Shown: one piece after another, positions 56,903 through 64,000 of the stretch | Layout of the letters: the number at the start of each line of letters is the position of its first letter | How positions within the stretch are numbered: position 1 is the first letter of the stretch | Assembly (NCBI GenBank): GCA_964532205.1 | Contig: CAZHGQ010000003.1 | Span: 4,382 to 68,381, forward strand | Direction: 5' to 3' | Length of the DNA stretch: 64,000 nucleotides | Origin: an uncultured Candidatus Saccharibacteria bacterium | Lineage (GTDB): Bacteria; Patescibacteriota; Minisyncoccia; Phycocordibacterales; JAKAEA01 | Notes under the pieces: model-generated | Seen by the model: the letters and a program-made list of their open reading frames with translations, nothing else | Told to the model about the DNA's origin: nothing | Database searches by the model: none | Program-made: the position numbers and the translations under genes

Positions 56903-59149
56903 TTACATCGGTTGATCTTCAGCAGTTTCGTCTTGAACTGGAGCGCCACCCTGGAGCACTTCGCGAGGTTTAGCACCTTCGCCCGGGCCGATTACGCCTC
57001 GCTCTTCAAGCATGTCGATCAGACGGGCGGCCCGGGCGTACCCAACGCGCAATTTTCGTTGCAAATATGACGTTGAAGCTTTACCGGCACTAATTACTAT
57101 TTCGCGAGCTTCTTCGTACAAATCATCTTCATCATCACCACCTTCATCATCAAACGATGAAGAGAAAATACTTTTATCACCAACAGAATTTTCACTCAAG
57201 TTGATCTCGTTCGGTAATTCGTCAGCATAATTATCGATCAAATATTTTACTACACTCTTAAGTTCTGGTTCAGAAATATAGGCCGACTGAATACGCTGCG
57301 GCTTAGCCATGTCGCCAGACATAAAGAGCATGTCGCCGGCACCGAGTAGTTTTTCTGCACCTGCCGCATCGAGAATTGTTCGAGAGTCAATTTGTGAAGT
57401 TACCTGCAACGCAATTCGTGATGGGATATTGGCTTTAATAAGACCGGTAATAACATTAACGCTTGGACGCTGCGTTGAAAGGATGAGGTGAATACCAACC
57501 GCACGGCTCATTTGGGCCAAGCGAACAATGGCTGACTCTAATTCACGCGGATACATCTGCATCAGGTCGGCCAATTCGTCGATAATAACCACAATATATG
57601 GCATGGTTTCTGGCATTTCTGCAGCCTCTTCTTCGCTGAGGTCACGGCCATTCATTTTCTTGAGAGCCGGAGCAACAACGTTGCGATGGTACGACTCAAT
57701 ATCTCGGACCTTATTATTTTCCAAGACATCGTATCGGCGATCCATTTCTTTAGCCGCCCATTTCAATGACAAAATTGCTTTCTTGGCATCGGTAATAACA
57801 GGTGTAAGCAAATGCGGAATTTTATTGTACATAGTCAATTCTACGCGTTTCGGGTCAATCATAATGAACTTCAGGTTTTCGGGTGAATTTCGGTACAATA
57901 ATGAAGTCAAAATAGCGTGGATAGTAACAGATTTACCTGAACCAGTCGCGCCAGCAATCAATAGGTGGGGCATTTTAACCAAGTTGGCAAAATGTGATTT
58001 ACCAGAGATACCTTTACCCAGTGAGATAAGCAACGGTTTGTCTGATTGCTTAAATTCTTCTGAACCAAAGAGGGTAGCCAAACCAACAGTTGTTTTTGTA
58101 GTATTTGGTATTTCAACACCGACAAGTGATTTGCCCGGAATTGGCGCTTCGATACGGATAGGATGAGCAGCCAAGGCTAATGACAAATCATTCTGTAAAG
58201 CTACAATTTTTGATAACTTTACACCCTCGGCTGGTTTCAGGGCGTAGCGAGTAACAGATGGACCGATTGAGATTTCATCCATTTCTACATTAATACCGAA
58301 GTTCTGAAGCGTGCGCTTGATAATATTGGCGTTAGCTTTGATGTCGCCGACACCAGGCTTACCCTTATCTTGTTCAAGAAGTGTTAGTGGCGGTGGATTA
58401 TAGATCTTGCCAGTCAGGCGACTTTGACTTAAATCAAAGCCCTCTTCTTCAACTGGTTTCTTTTCGTCAAAGCCCAACATCTTTTTAAATCCGCCCTTTG
58501 GTTGTTCATCTTCCACTGCCCCTGCTTCAACTTCTTTTGGTGCTGGTTCGGTTGCTTCGAGTTCTTCAGGAATTTCGATATCAGCGTCACCCTCTTCCAG
58601 ATCTTCAGCTTTGCGTGTCCAACGTCGCCAGAAAGCCAGAGTGTCTTGATTGATGTGGTTGTCCATAATAACCACTGTGCTGATTAATATAAGTGTGGTC
58701 AGGAAAATTAGGCTGACCCAAAAATCAAACAAGTTGATGAGGGGGGTGGCGATTAAGTTGCCAATAAAGCCACCTTCACCGGTACTACTTGGTTCACGGG
58801 ATACAACACTAATGACACCCAAGGCTGCGAAATAAAAGAAGCCAGCCGCCACAAGTTTTGGCCAGGGAACTTTCTTTTTGAGTGATCGCAAAAAGATGAT
58901 GGCGATCAATAAAAACATTACTGGCAAAAGATAGTAACCGATACCCAAAAGGAAACTTAGAGCATTATATGTTGCTGCGCCAACAACACCAGCTTTTTCA
59001 AGAGCGGCAAAGATTAAAAATAGTGCCAAAACAAAGAAGGCGAGGGCATAGATTACTCGTAACGCCGCTTCCTGAATTAAGGGTTTCTCATCAAGTTCCT
59101 CTTCATCGATATCTAATTCCTTCTGTTTCCTCTTTTGTTTTTTGGCCAT
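56903..59149 (-). CDS. ftsK: DNA translocase FtsK/SpoIIIE
   Basis: N-terminal TM helices, then HLLIAGATGSGKS (Walker A), then the C-terminal gamma wHTH YLQRKLRVGYARAARLIDMLEERGVIG. Confidence 0.9.
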   Translation of the reverse strand: MAKKQKRKQKELDIDEEELDEKPLIQEAALRVIYALAFFVLALFLIFAALEKAGVVGAATYNALSFLLGIGYYLLPVMFLLIAIIFLRSLKKKVPWPKLVAAGFFYFAALGVISVVSREPSSTGEGGFIGNLIATPLINLFDFWVSLIFLTTLILISTVVIMDNHINQDTLAFWRRWTRKAEDLEEGDADIEIPEELEATEPAPKEVEAGAVEDEQPKGGFKKMLGFDEKKPVEEEGFDLSQSRLTGKIYNPPPLTLLEQDKGKPGVGDIKANANIIKRTLQNFGINVEMDEISIGPSVTRYALKPAEGVKLSKIVALQNDLSLALAAHPIRIEAPIPGKSLVGVEIPNTTKTTVGLATLFGSEEFKQSDKPLLISLGKGISGKSHFANLVKMPHLLIAGATGSGKSVTIHAILTSLLYRNSPENLKFIMIDPKRVELTMYNKIPHLLTPVITDAKKAILSLKWAAKEMDRRYDVLENNKVRDIESYHRNVVAPALKKMNGRDLSEEEAAEMPETMPYIVVIIDELADLMQMYPRELESAIVRLAQMSRAVGIHLILSTQRPSVNVITGLIKANIPSRIALQVTSQIDSRTILDAAGAEKLLGAGDMLFMSGDMAKPQRIQSAYISEPELKSVVKYLIDNYADELPNEINLSENSVGDKSIFSSSFDDEGGDDEDDLYEEAREIVISAGKASTSYLQRKLRVGYARAARLIDMLEERGVIGPGEGAKPREVLQGGAPVQDETAEDQPM

Positions 59150-59264
59150 GAAAATTAAACCTAGTTTTTATATATTGTATCACAACTATATCTAAAATTA
59201 TCAAGGACTCATTATAATTTTATGGCTAGAAATTTGGCCAGAATGATTTTTTGACAAAAAGGAC

Positions 59265-60038
59265 ATGAGGCATATAATGGACACCATCAGACTGAATAAA
59301 AGTCATATGGAATTTAAAAAAGACAATCAAAAAGACAAGGCTTTATCGGTCATTCACTACAACCCCGACCTATTCCAAGGGGAACCTGACCTTTATGTAC
59401 TATACAAAAAGCTCGAGAATATTTCTGCTGCACTATTCCTCGTCTCTCAGTCGCTACCCGAGACAGAAATTTTGAAGAATGAGCTCCGCACCTCATCATT
59501 GCATGGTCTAAAAAGTGTCTTGGCTCTAATAGCTCAAAAGGTTCTTCGAGTAGATGATTTGCAACAGGTTTCGGTACCATTGTTTCAACTCGCATCGGTG
59601 CTGGATGTGGCGGTGTGGTCGGGCTTAGTAAGTCATATGAATGCCACGTTGTTACAGAATGAAATTGGTAATTGTGTAAAGATCATTGAAAACCTCTACG
59701 ACAAATATAAGACAAACTACTTCTTAGATAGTTCATTCTTTAAGACAGATGAAGTTCAGATCAAACCAACAGAAGTTAAGACACCCAAAGTTATAAAGGA
59801 CATATCTAAAGGACAGAATGTAAAGGACAAGTTTGTCTTTCATTCTAAATCAGATCGTCGGGAAAAAATCATGGCTTTGTTGAAAACTAAACCATCAATA
59901 ACCGTCAAAGATGCCGTACTCCTTATGCCAGAATTCAGTGAAAAAACACTTCAACGGGAACTCTTGGCTTTAGTCCAAGAAGGAGTGTTGGCTAAGCAGG
60001 GGGACAGACGCTGGAGTACCTATTCTATAGCACTTTAG
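59265..60038 (+). CDS. Hypothetical cytoplasmic protein with a C-terminal winged-HTH-like segment
   Basis: An AAGGA RBS precedes the ATG. The C-terminal ITVKDAVLLMPEFSEKTLQRELLALVQEGVLAKQGDRRWSTYSI resembles a wHTH domain. Confidence 0.4.
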   Translation: MRHIMDTIRLNKSHMEFKKDNQKDKALSVIHYNPDLFQGEPDLYVLYKKLENISAALFLVSQSLPETEILKNELRTSSLHGLKSVLALIAQKVLRVDDLQQVSVPLFQLASVLDVAVWSGLVSHMNATLLQNEIGNCVKIIENLYDKYKTNYFLDSSFFKTDEVQIKPTEVKTPKVIKDISKGQNVKDKFVFHSKSDRREKIMALLKTKPSITVKDAVLLMPEFSEKTLQRELLALVQEGVLAKQGDRRWSTYSIAL

Positions 60039-60493
60039 GTCGATGACACTCTATAAGTGTCATACGATTACTAGGTTGACTTTATGGTCTAAATATGCGA
60101 ATATTGCTGCCTGTGGGCTATCGCTAAAAAAGTCCACAAAATAAGGGTTTTAACCGCTTTGTAAAGGGGTTAGGGCACTTATCCCCATGTAGTTAGCCAT
60201 ATTCTAAATATGTCTATGGTATACTAACGGGAACCATATAGACGGGTGTTTATATGGTGAACTTTGACAATTTAATAGCGAGTTATATTACTGAATTTCC
60301 TCTTTCAGACACGATTGCTTTTCTGTCATTCAGACCAACACTTATTAGCTACTTTCTATCTGTTAATAACAGGTAGAAATTAGTGATCAGTTAAACACAA
60401 CATTTATTGTAACTTTCAGTTGTGTCTAACGTAGTAGTTCTGAGTCATGCATTTGTCGAGAATTGCGTGAACTTAAGAAAAAAGCAAAGTTAC

Positions 60494-60540
60494 TATAATT
60501 TCTACTCAATTTATCAAAATTATTATTAATAGAGTAGAAA
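60494..60540 (+). promoter_or_regulatory. Candidate promoter -10 (TATAAT) immediately followed by a 9-bp inverted repeat TTTCTACTC ... GAGTAGAAA (possible operator), about 70 nt upstream of 60572
   Basis: Read directly from the sequence in an AT-rich 530-bp intergenic region. Confidence 0.3.
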
Positions 60541-60571
60541 TATCGGTTAACGTTAACAATATTATAAACGT

Positions 60572-62374
60572 ATGTCATCATCAAAAAAGATCGTTGCAGG
60601 CCTTCTCGGTGTTGCAATGGTATTAACTTTGGTAGTCGGCGTTGCAGTTTCTACTGCATCAGCTCAGACATCAACATACACTCGTAACCTTACAATTGGT
60701 TCACGTGGTGCTGATGTTACAGCTCTCCAGACTACTCTCGTTGCAGGTGGTTACCTCAAGGTAGCTCCTACAGGTTATTTCGGTTCATTAACAAAAGCAG
60801 CTTTGGCCGCATGGCAGGCAGCAGTTGGTATTTCACCAGCTTCTGGTTACTTCGGTCCAATCACACGAGCTTACCTCGCTACAGCTCCAGTAACAAATCC
60901 TGGCACACCAAATCCTGGTACAGGCACAGGTACAGTTATGGACGGTACTGACGGTTCAATCACAGTTTCTTCATCACCATTCGTAAGTTCTGGTCAGCAG
61001 ATCAAGAAGGGTGAAACAAAGAACGTGGTTGCTGTTCGCCTCCAGGCTACATCAGGTAAGGTTTCAGTAAACCGCTTCGATGTACATTTCAGCGTTCGAC
61101 CATGGTTGTACTTCAGCCAGGTACAGTTGAAAGATGCTAACGGTACAGTTCTCGCTACAAAGAGCCTCACAAGCGCAGCAGATGCAACAGAAATCACTGT
61201 TGGTTCTGACTACCTTGTTCGCTTCGAAAACGTGAACTACACAGTTACACCTGGTACAGATGGTACTCTCGTAGTAGCAGCTGGTGTTCTTAGCTCAACT
61301 GATAAGCTCACTCAGAACACTTCAGTTACAGTAAGTATTCCATCAGGTGCAATCCGAACATTAAATGGTAAGGGTTACACTGACTCATCACAGCCATCAA
61401 CAACAATCTCAAGCTCAGCAACATTGCTCGCTTCAGGTTCAGTTGGTAATGTGTTGACACGTATCAGTCCAAACAGCCCATCAACTCGAATCCAGCAGAC
61501 ATCTACATCTCAGGTTACATCTAATGTAGTGCTCGGCGTATTCGGTTTGAAGTCTGAAAACAACAATTCAACTATCAACAGTTTGAATTTCAACATCAAT
61601 AACAGCACATCTGCTGCTACATCATCGATCTTCAGCAATGTTCGCTTGGTTGTTGGTGGTACAACTTACGGTGCAAACTCAATCGTTGCAGGTGGTACAA
61701 CATTCACAAACTTGAATATTGCACTCCCTCAGGATCAGTGGGTTGACCTTACTCTCCAGGCTGATGTAGCTCAGAACACAACAAGTGTTTCAGCTTCATC
61801 AACATTGGTAGCTGCAGGTATCAACGGTGTTGACTCAAATTACAACACTGTTACTATCTCAAGTGCTTCAAACGTTTCAAGCTCTGATGTTTCATTCAAC
61901 ACAGCAGCTATTGCGCTCACAAGCTCTTCAGCTAGCTACACATTGTCTGGCGGTACAAACGGTTCAAAGTCAGCAAACGTTGTATTCACATTCACATTGT
62001 CTAACACAGGCAATCAGGATGTATACATCAGCAAGGTTCCTGGCGTAGCTCTCGGTACCTCAACAACAGGTTCAGTAGGCTCACCAGTAGCAGCTTCATC
62101 AACACTCACCTACGTTACAGCTAACCCATCAGAAGGCAACTTGTCAGCTGATACAGGTACAGCTCCTACATCAGGTGTATTCGTTATCCCAACTGGTTCA
62201 TCACGAACATTTACCTACTCAGGTACAGTTGATAACACTAACGGTTCAAACGGTCTCCGAGTATTCAAGATTACTCAGATCAACTTCGGTACTACAACAT
62301 CAAACACAACCGCAGCTAATATTAACTTCGGTTTGAGTAACCTTGTTGTAACACCTTCATTGGTTGGTCAATAA
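60572..62374 (+). CDS. Secreted peptidoglycan-binding-domain protein with long Ser/Thr-rich beta-repeat region
   Basis: Signal peptide, then a PG_binding_1-like domain (RGADVTALQTTLVAGGYL ... GYFGSLTKAALAAWQAAVGI ... GYFGPITRAYL), then about 450 aa of S/T/N-rich low-complexity beta domains. Confidence 0.6.
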   Translation: MSSSKKIVAGLLGVAMVLTLVVGVAVSTASAQTSTYTRNLTIGSRGADVTALQTTLVAGGYLKVAPTGYFGSLTKAALAAWQAAVGISPASGYFGPITRAYLATAPVTNPGTPNPGTGTGTVMDGTDGSITVSSSPFVSSGQQIKKGETKNVVAVRLQATSGKVSVNRFDVHFSVRPWLYFSQVQLKDANGTVLATKSLTSAADATEITVGSDYLVRFENVNYTVTPGTDGTLVVAAGVLSSTDKLTQNTSVTVSIPSGAIRTLNGKGYTDSSQPSTTISSSATLLASGSVGNVLTRISPNSPSTRIQQTSTSQVTSNVVLGVFGLKSENNNSTINSLNFNINNSTSAATSSIFSNVRLVVGGTTYGANSIVAGGTTFTNLNIALPQDQWVDLTLQADVAQNTTSVSASSTLVAAGINGVDSNYNTVTISSASNVSSSDVSFNTAAIALTSSSASYTLSGGTNGSKSANVVFTFTLSNTGNQDVYISKVPGVALGTSTTGSVGSPVAASSTLTYVTANPSEGNLSADTGTAPTSGVFVIPTGSSRTFTYSGTVDNTNGSNGLRVFKITQINFGTTTSNTTAANINFGLSNLVVTPSLVGQ

Positions 62375-62422
62375 GATCGCTTGAGCATATAGCAACTTCG
62401 GTTACTATAGACTCAGTTAGCA

Positions 62423-62451
62423 AAAAGCCGCCCGCAAGGGCGGCTTTTTGT
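62423..62451 (+). terminator. Intrinsic terminator AAAAGCCGCCC-GCAA-GGGCGGCTTTTT
   Basis: An 11-bp stem, a GNRA loop and a T-run were read directly, after the 60572..62374 stop. Confidence 0.65.
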
Positions 62452-62517
62452 TGTCTGGGTTTTTTGCTTTATATATTCTTGATCAGAATTTGATGTTGAT
62501 CGTGCTCAAATGTCTGC

Positions 62518-64000
62518 ATGAAATCAATTAAAGTATTCGTCTGTGTTTTATTATTCATTACACCTAAATTATTATTGGCTGAAACAATTGTTTCTGAAAA
62601 TATTTCAACTGATACCTTTTGGTCGAAGGTACACAGTCCTTATATTATTGATACAACAATTTCAATCGCTCCACATACGAAATTGGTAATTGGTGCAGGT
62701 GTCGAGGTTGTTATGAATGGCACACTAACAAATCTAGGTGAACTGTATGTGGCGGGCACAGATCAGGAGCCGGTGACTATAACCTCGGATCAGAATCCCT
62801 GGTTGCTTAACACTGTTTACACGGCAACTACAACCCTTGAGCACGTGATGGTACACAACCTTAATACACTTTATGCACAGGATGCTTCGCTACATTTAAA
62901 TTCAGTACGTATTTCAGATTCGTTGGGTGGAATTACTGTCAATCATTCTCATTTAAATTTAATCGATAGTCAGATTGCTTCAACCACCGTTTCTTCAATT
63001 GTGGCTTACAATTTTTCAACTTCAACTCTGAAGAATGTGATATTACAGGGTGGAACAGAAAATGGTATTGAAAATTATCTTAATTCCACACTAACAGTTT
63101 CCAACTCGACTATTTCAGGTTTTGCTAAAAGTGGCCTGCTGACGTTTTTGGCCGCCTCTTCATCAGTAACAACTACAAACATTTCCAATAATACTATTGG
63201 TATATACGCCTATAATAATTCGCATGTTTCAATAGATGATTCCGAGGTTAGTAATAATGCTCAATGGGGTATTCAAACTCAATCGCCAGTAACTATTGAG
63301 GCTAAAGAAAATTGGTGGGGCGATACATCTGGTCCATATAATGCCAAACGAAATTCAGCGGGGCTGGGAAATGCTGTGGGTGACGATGTGATTTTTGTGC
63401 CCTGGCAAACACAGCGCGTTTCGGGTGGGACAACCTGCTGCTCAAATGTATTATTTATCCCTGGCTTAGAGGGTAGTCGCTTGTATGATTCAAACGCAAC
63501 GCTGTGGGAACCGGGGTCGAATGCCGATGTTGAGAAATTGTATTTAGATGAATCGGGTCAGAGTATTACTGCAAATATCTATACTAAAGATATTATTGAT
63601 CGGCCAAAACTTTTAGGTCTGTCAGTCGGGCAAAGTATTTATTCCGGCTTCATCTCATTTCTCAATCGTCTGATTACTCAAGGTAGCGTTACCAGTTGGC
63701 AAGCGTTTGCCTACGACTGGCGTCACGACCCCATGGCCATCGCCCGGTCAGGAACACTGACAGACACGAACGGCACACTTTCTACACTCGAACAAAATCT
63801 TCAAGGCCTCGCTCAAACATCTAAGACAGGTAAGGTGACGATTATTGCTCATAGTAATGGTGGTTTGATAGCCAAATCATTCATTAAATATTTAACTGAG
63901 GCTGGTAAGACCTCGTTATTAGATGTTATTGATACGTTAGTTTTAGTAGCAGTGCCCGAACTTGGTTCACCTTTGGCTGTGCCAGCATTGTTGCATGGTT
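62518..64000 (+). CDS. Partial (3' truncated by window edge) secreted protein: N-terminal right-handed beta-helix repeats fused to an LCAT/PGAP1-like alpha/beta-hydrolase (lipase/acyltransferase) domain
   Basis: Not in the ORF track because no stop occurs before the window end. Manual translation is open from the ATG at 62518 to 64000. The signal peptide is MKSIKVFVCVLLFITPKLLLAET. The beta-helix repeats read NNTIGIYAYNNSHVSIDDSEVSNNAQWGI. An AYDWRHDP motif is LCAT-like and IIAHSNGGLIAKSF is the lipase GxSxG-type nucleophile elbow. Confidence 0.55.
   Translation, partial: MKSIKVFVCVLLFITPKLLLAETIVSENISTDTFWSKVHSPYIIDTTISIAPHTKLVIGAGVEVVMNGTLTNLGELYVAGTDQEPVTITSDQNPWLLNTVYTATTTLEHVMVHNLNTLYAQDASLHLNSVRISDSLGGITVNHSHLNLIDSQIASTTVSSIVAYNFSTSTLKNVILQGGTENGIENYLNSTLTVSNSTISGFAKSGLLTFLAASSSVTTTNISNNTIGIYAYNNSHVSIDDSEVSNNAQWGIQTQSPVTIEAKENWWGDTSGPYNAKRNSAGLGNAVGDDVIFVPWQTQRVSGGTTCCSNVLFIPGLEGSRLYDSNATLWEPGSNADVEKLYLDESGQSITANIYTKDIIDRPKLLGLSVGQSIYSGFISFLNRLITQGSVTSWQAFAYDWRHDPMAIARSGTLTDTNGTLSTLEQNLQGLAQTSKTGKVTIIAHSNGGLIAKSFIKYLTEAGKTSLLDVIDTLVLVAVPELGSPLAVPALLHG

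Noticed and set aside
60040-60571. tRNA or SRP/6S-type ncRNA in the long AT-rich spacer
   Set aside because: No T-loop GTTCRANYC-like motif, acceptor-stem pairing or SRP domain-IV motif was found by visual scan. This cannot be excluded without a covariance-model search.
1-64000. Alternative genetic code (UGA=Gly, code 25) as in some CPR lineages
   Set aside because: Long ORFs, including the 4746-aa gene, are uninterrupted under the standard code. Stops are overwhelmingly TAA with some TAG, and no gene appears split at TGA. Standard code 11 fits.

Overview
This 64-kb window looks like a small-genome, monoderm-like bacterium, most consistent with a Candidate Phyla Radiation (Patescibacteria/Parcubacteria-like) lineage. 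That placement is inference only: translation and housekeeping genes are densely packed, the aminoacyl-tRNA synthetases are eukaryote-like, RecO is short, and rplA after rplK and rplI after rpsR are absent. Stops are almost all TAA and the standard code (11) applies. The window holds two blocks of core genes, at 5-15 kb and 34-59 kb. The first block carries uppP, a DsbB/thioredoxin pair, DedA, an ECF sigma factor, and secE-nusG-rplK. The second block carries a thymidylate-cycle cluster (dCMP deaminase, folA, thyA, glyA, dut), then argS, ileS, recO, glyQS, metG, tatD, rpsF-ssb-rpsR, efp, recA and ftsK. Three accessory regions are rich in secreted or membrane proteins: 0-5 kb, 15.9-34.5 kb and 60-64 kb. 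The most notable observations are as follows. (1) ileS carries an in-frame insertion of about 200 aa that is a complete, catalytically intact-looking histidine-phosphatase (RHG) domain, placed in the catalytic core between the zinc-knuckle segment and the DLHRP..WYESGSMPY segment. (2) A 14.2-kb gene encodes a 4746-aa secreted giant protein. It is built from about 30 tail-fiber-like GIGTTSP..KL repeat units and six near-identical nucleotide-level cassettes. It ends in a phage tail-spike intramolecular-chaperone (peptidase S74-like) domain followed by a coiled coil and a Pro/Thr/Gly tail, and is preceded by a small HTH-plus-TM protein. (3) A four-gene cell-surface cluster sits directly after rplK where rplA-rplJ-rplL would normally follow. 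It has two paralogous secreted beta-rich proteins, a C-terminally anchored protein, and an anchored FN3/Cys-rich protein, and its architecture resembles WxL/DUF916-type loci. (4) At the right edge there is a secreted beta-helix protein fused to an LCAT/PGAP1-like alpha/beta hydrolase, next to a peptidoglycan-binding Ser/Thr-rich protein. No rRNA, tRNA, CRISPR array, transposase or integrase was recognised.
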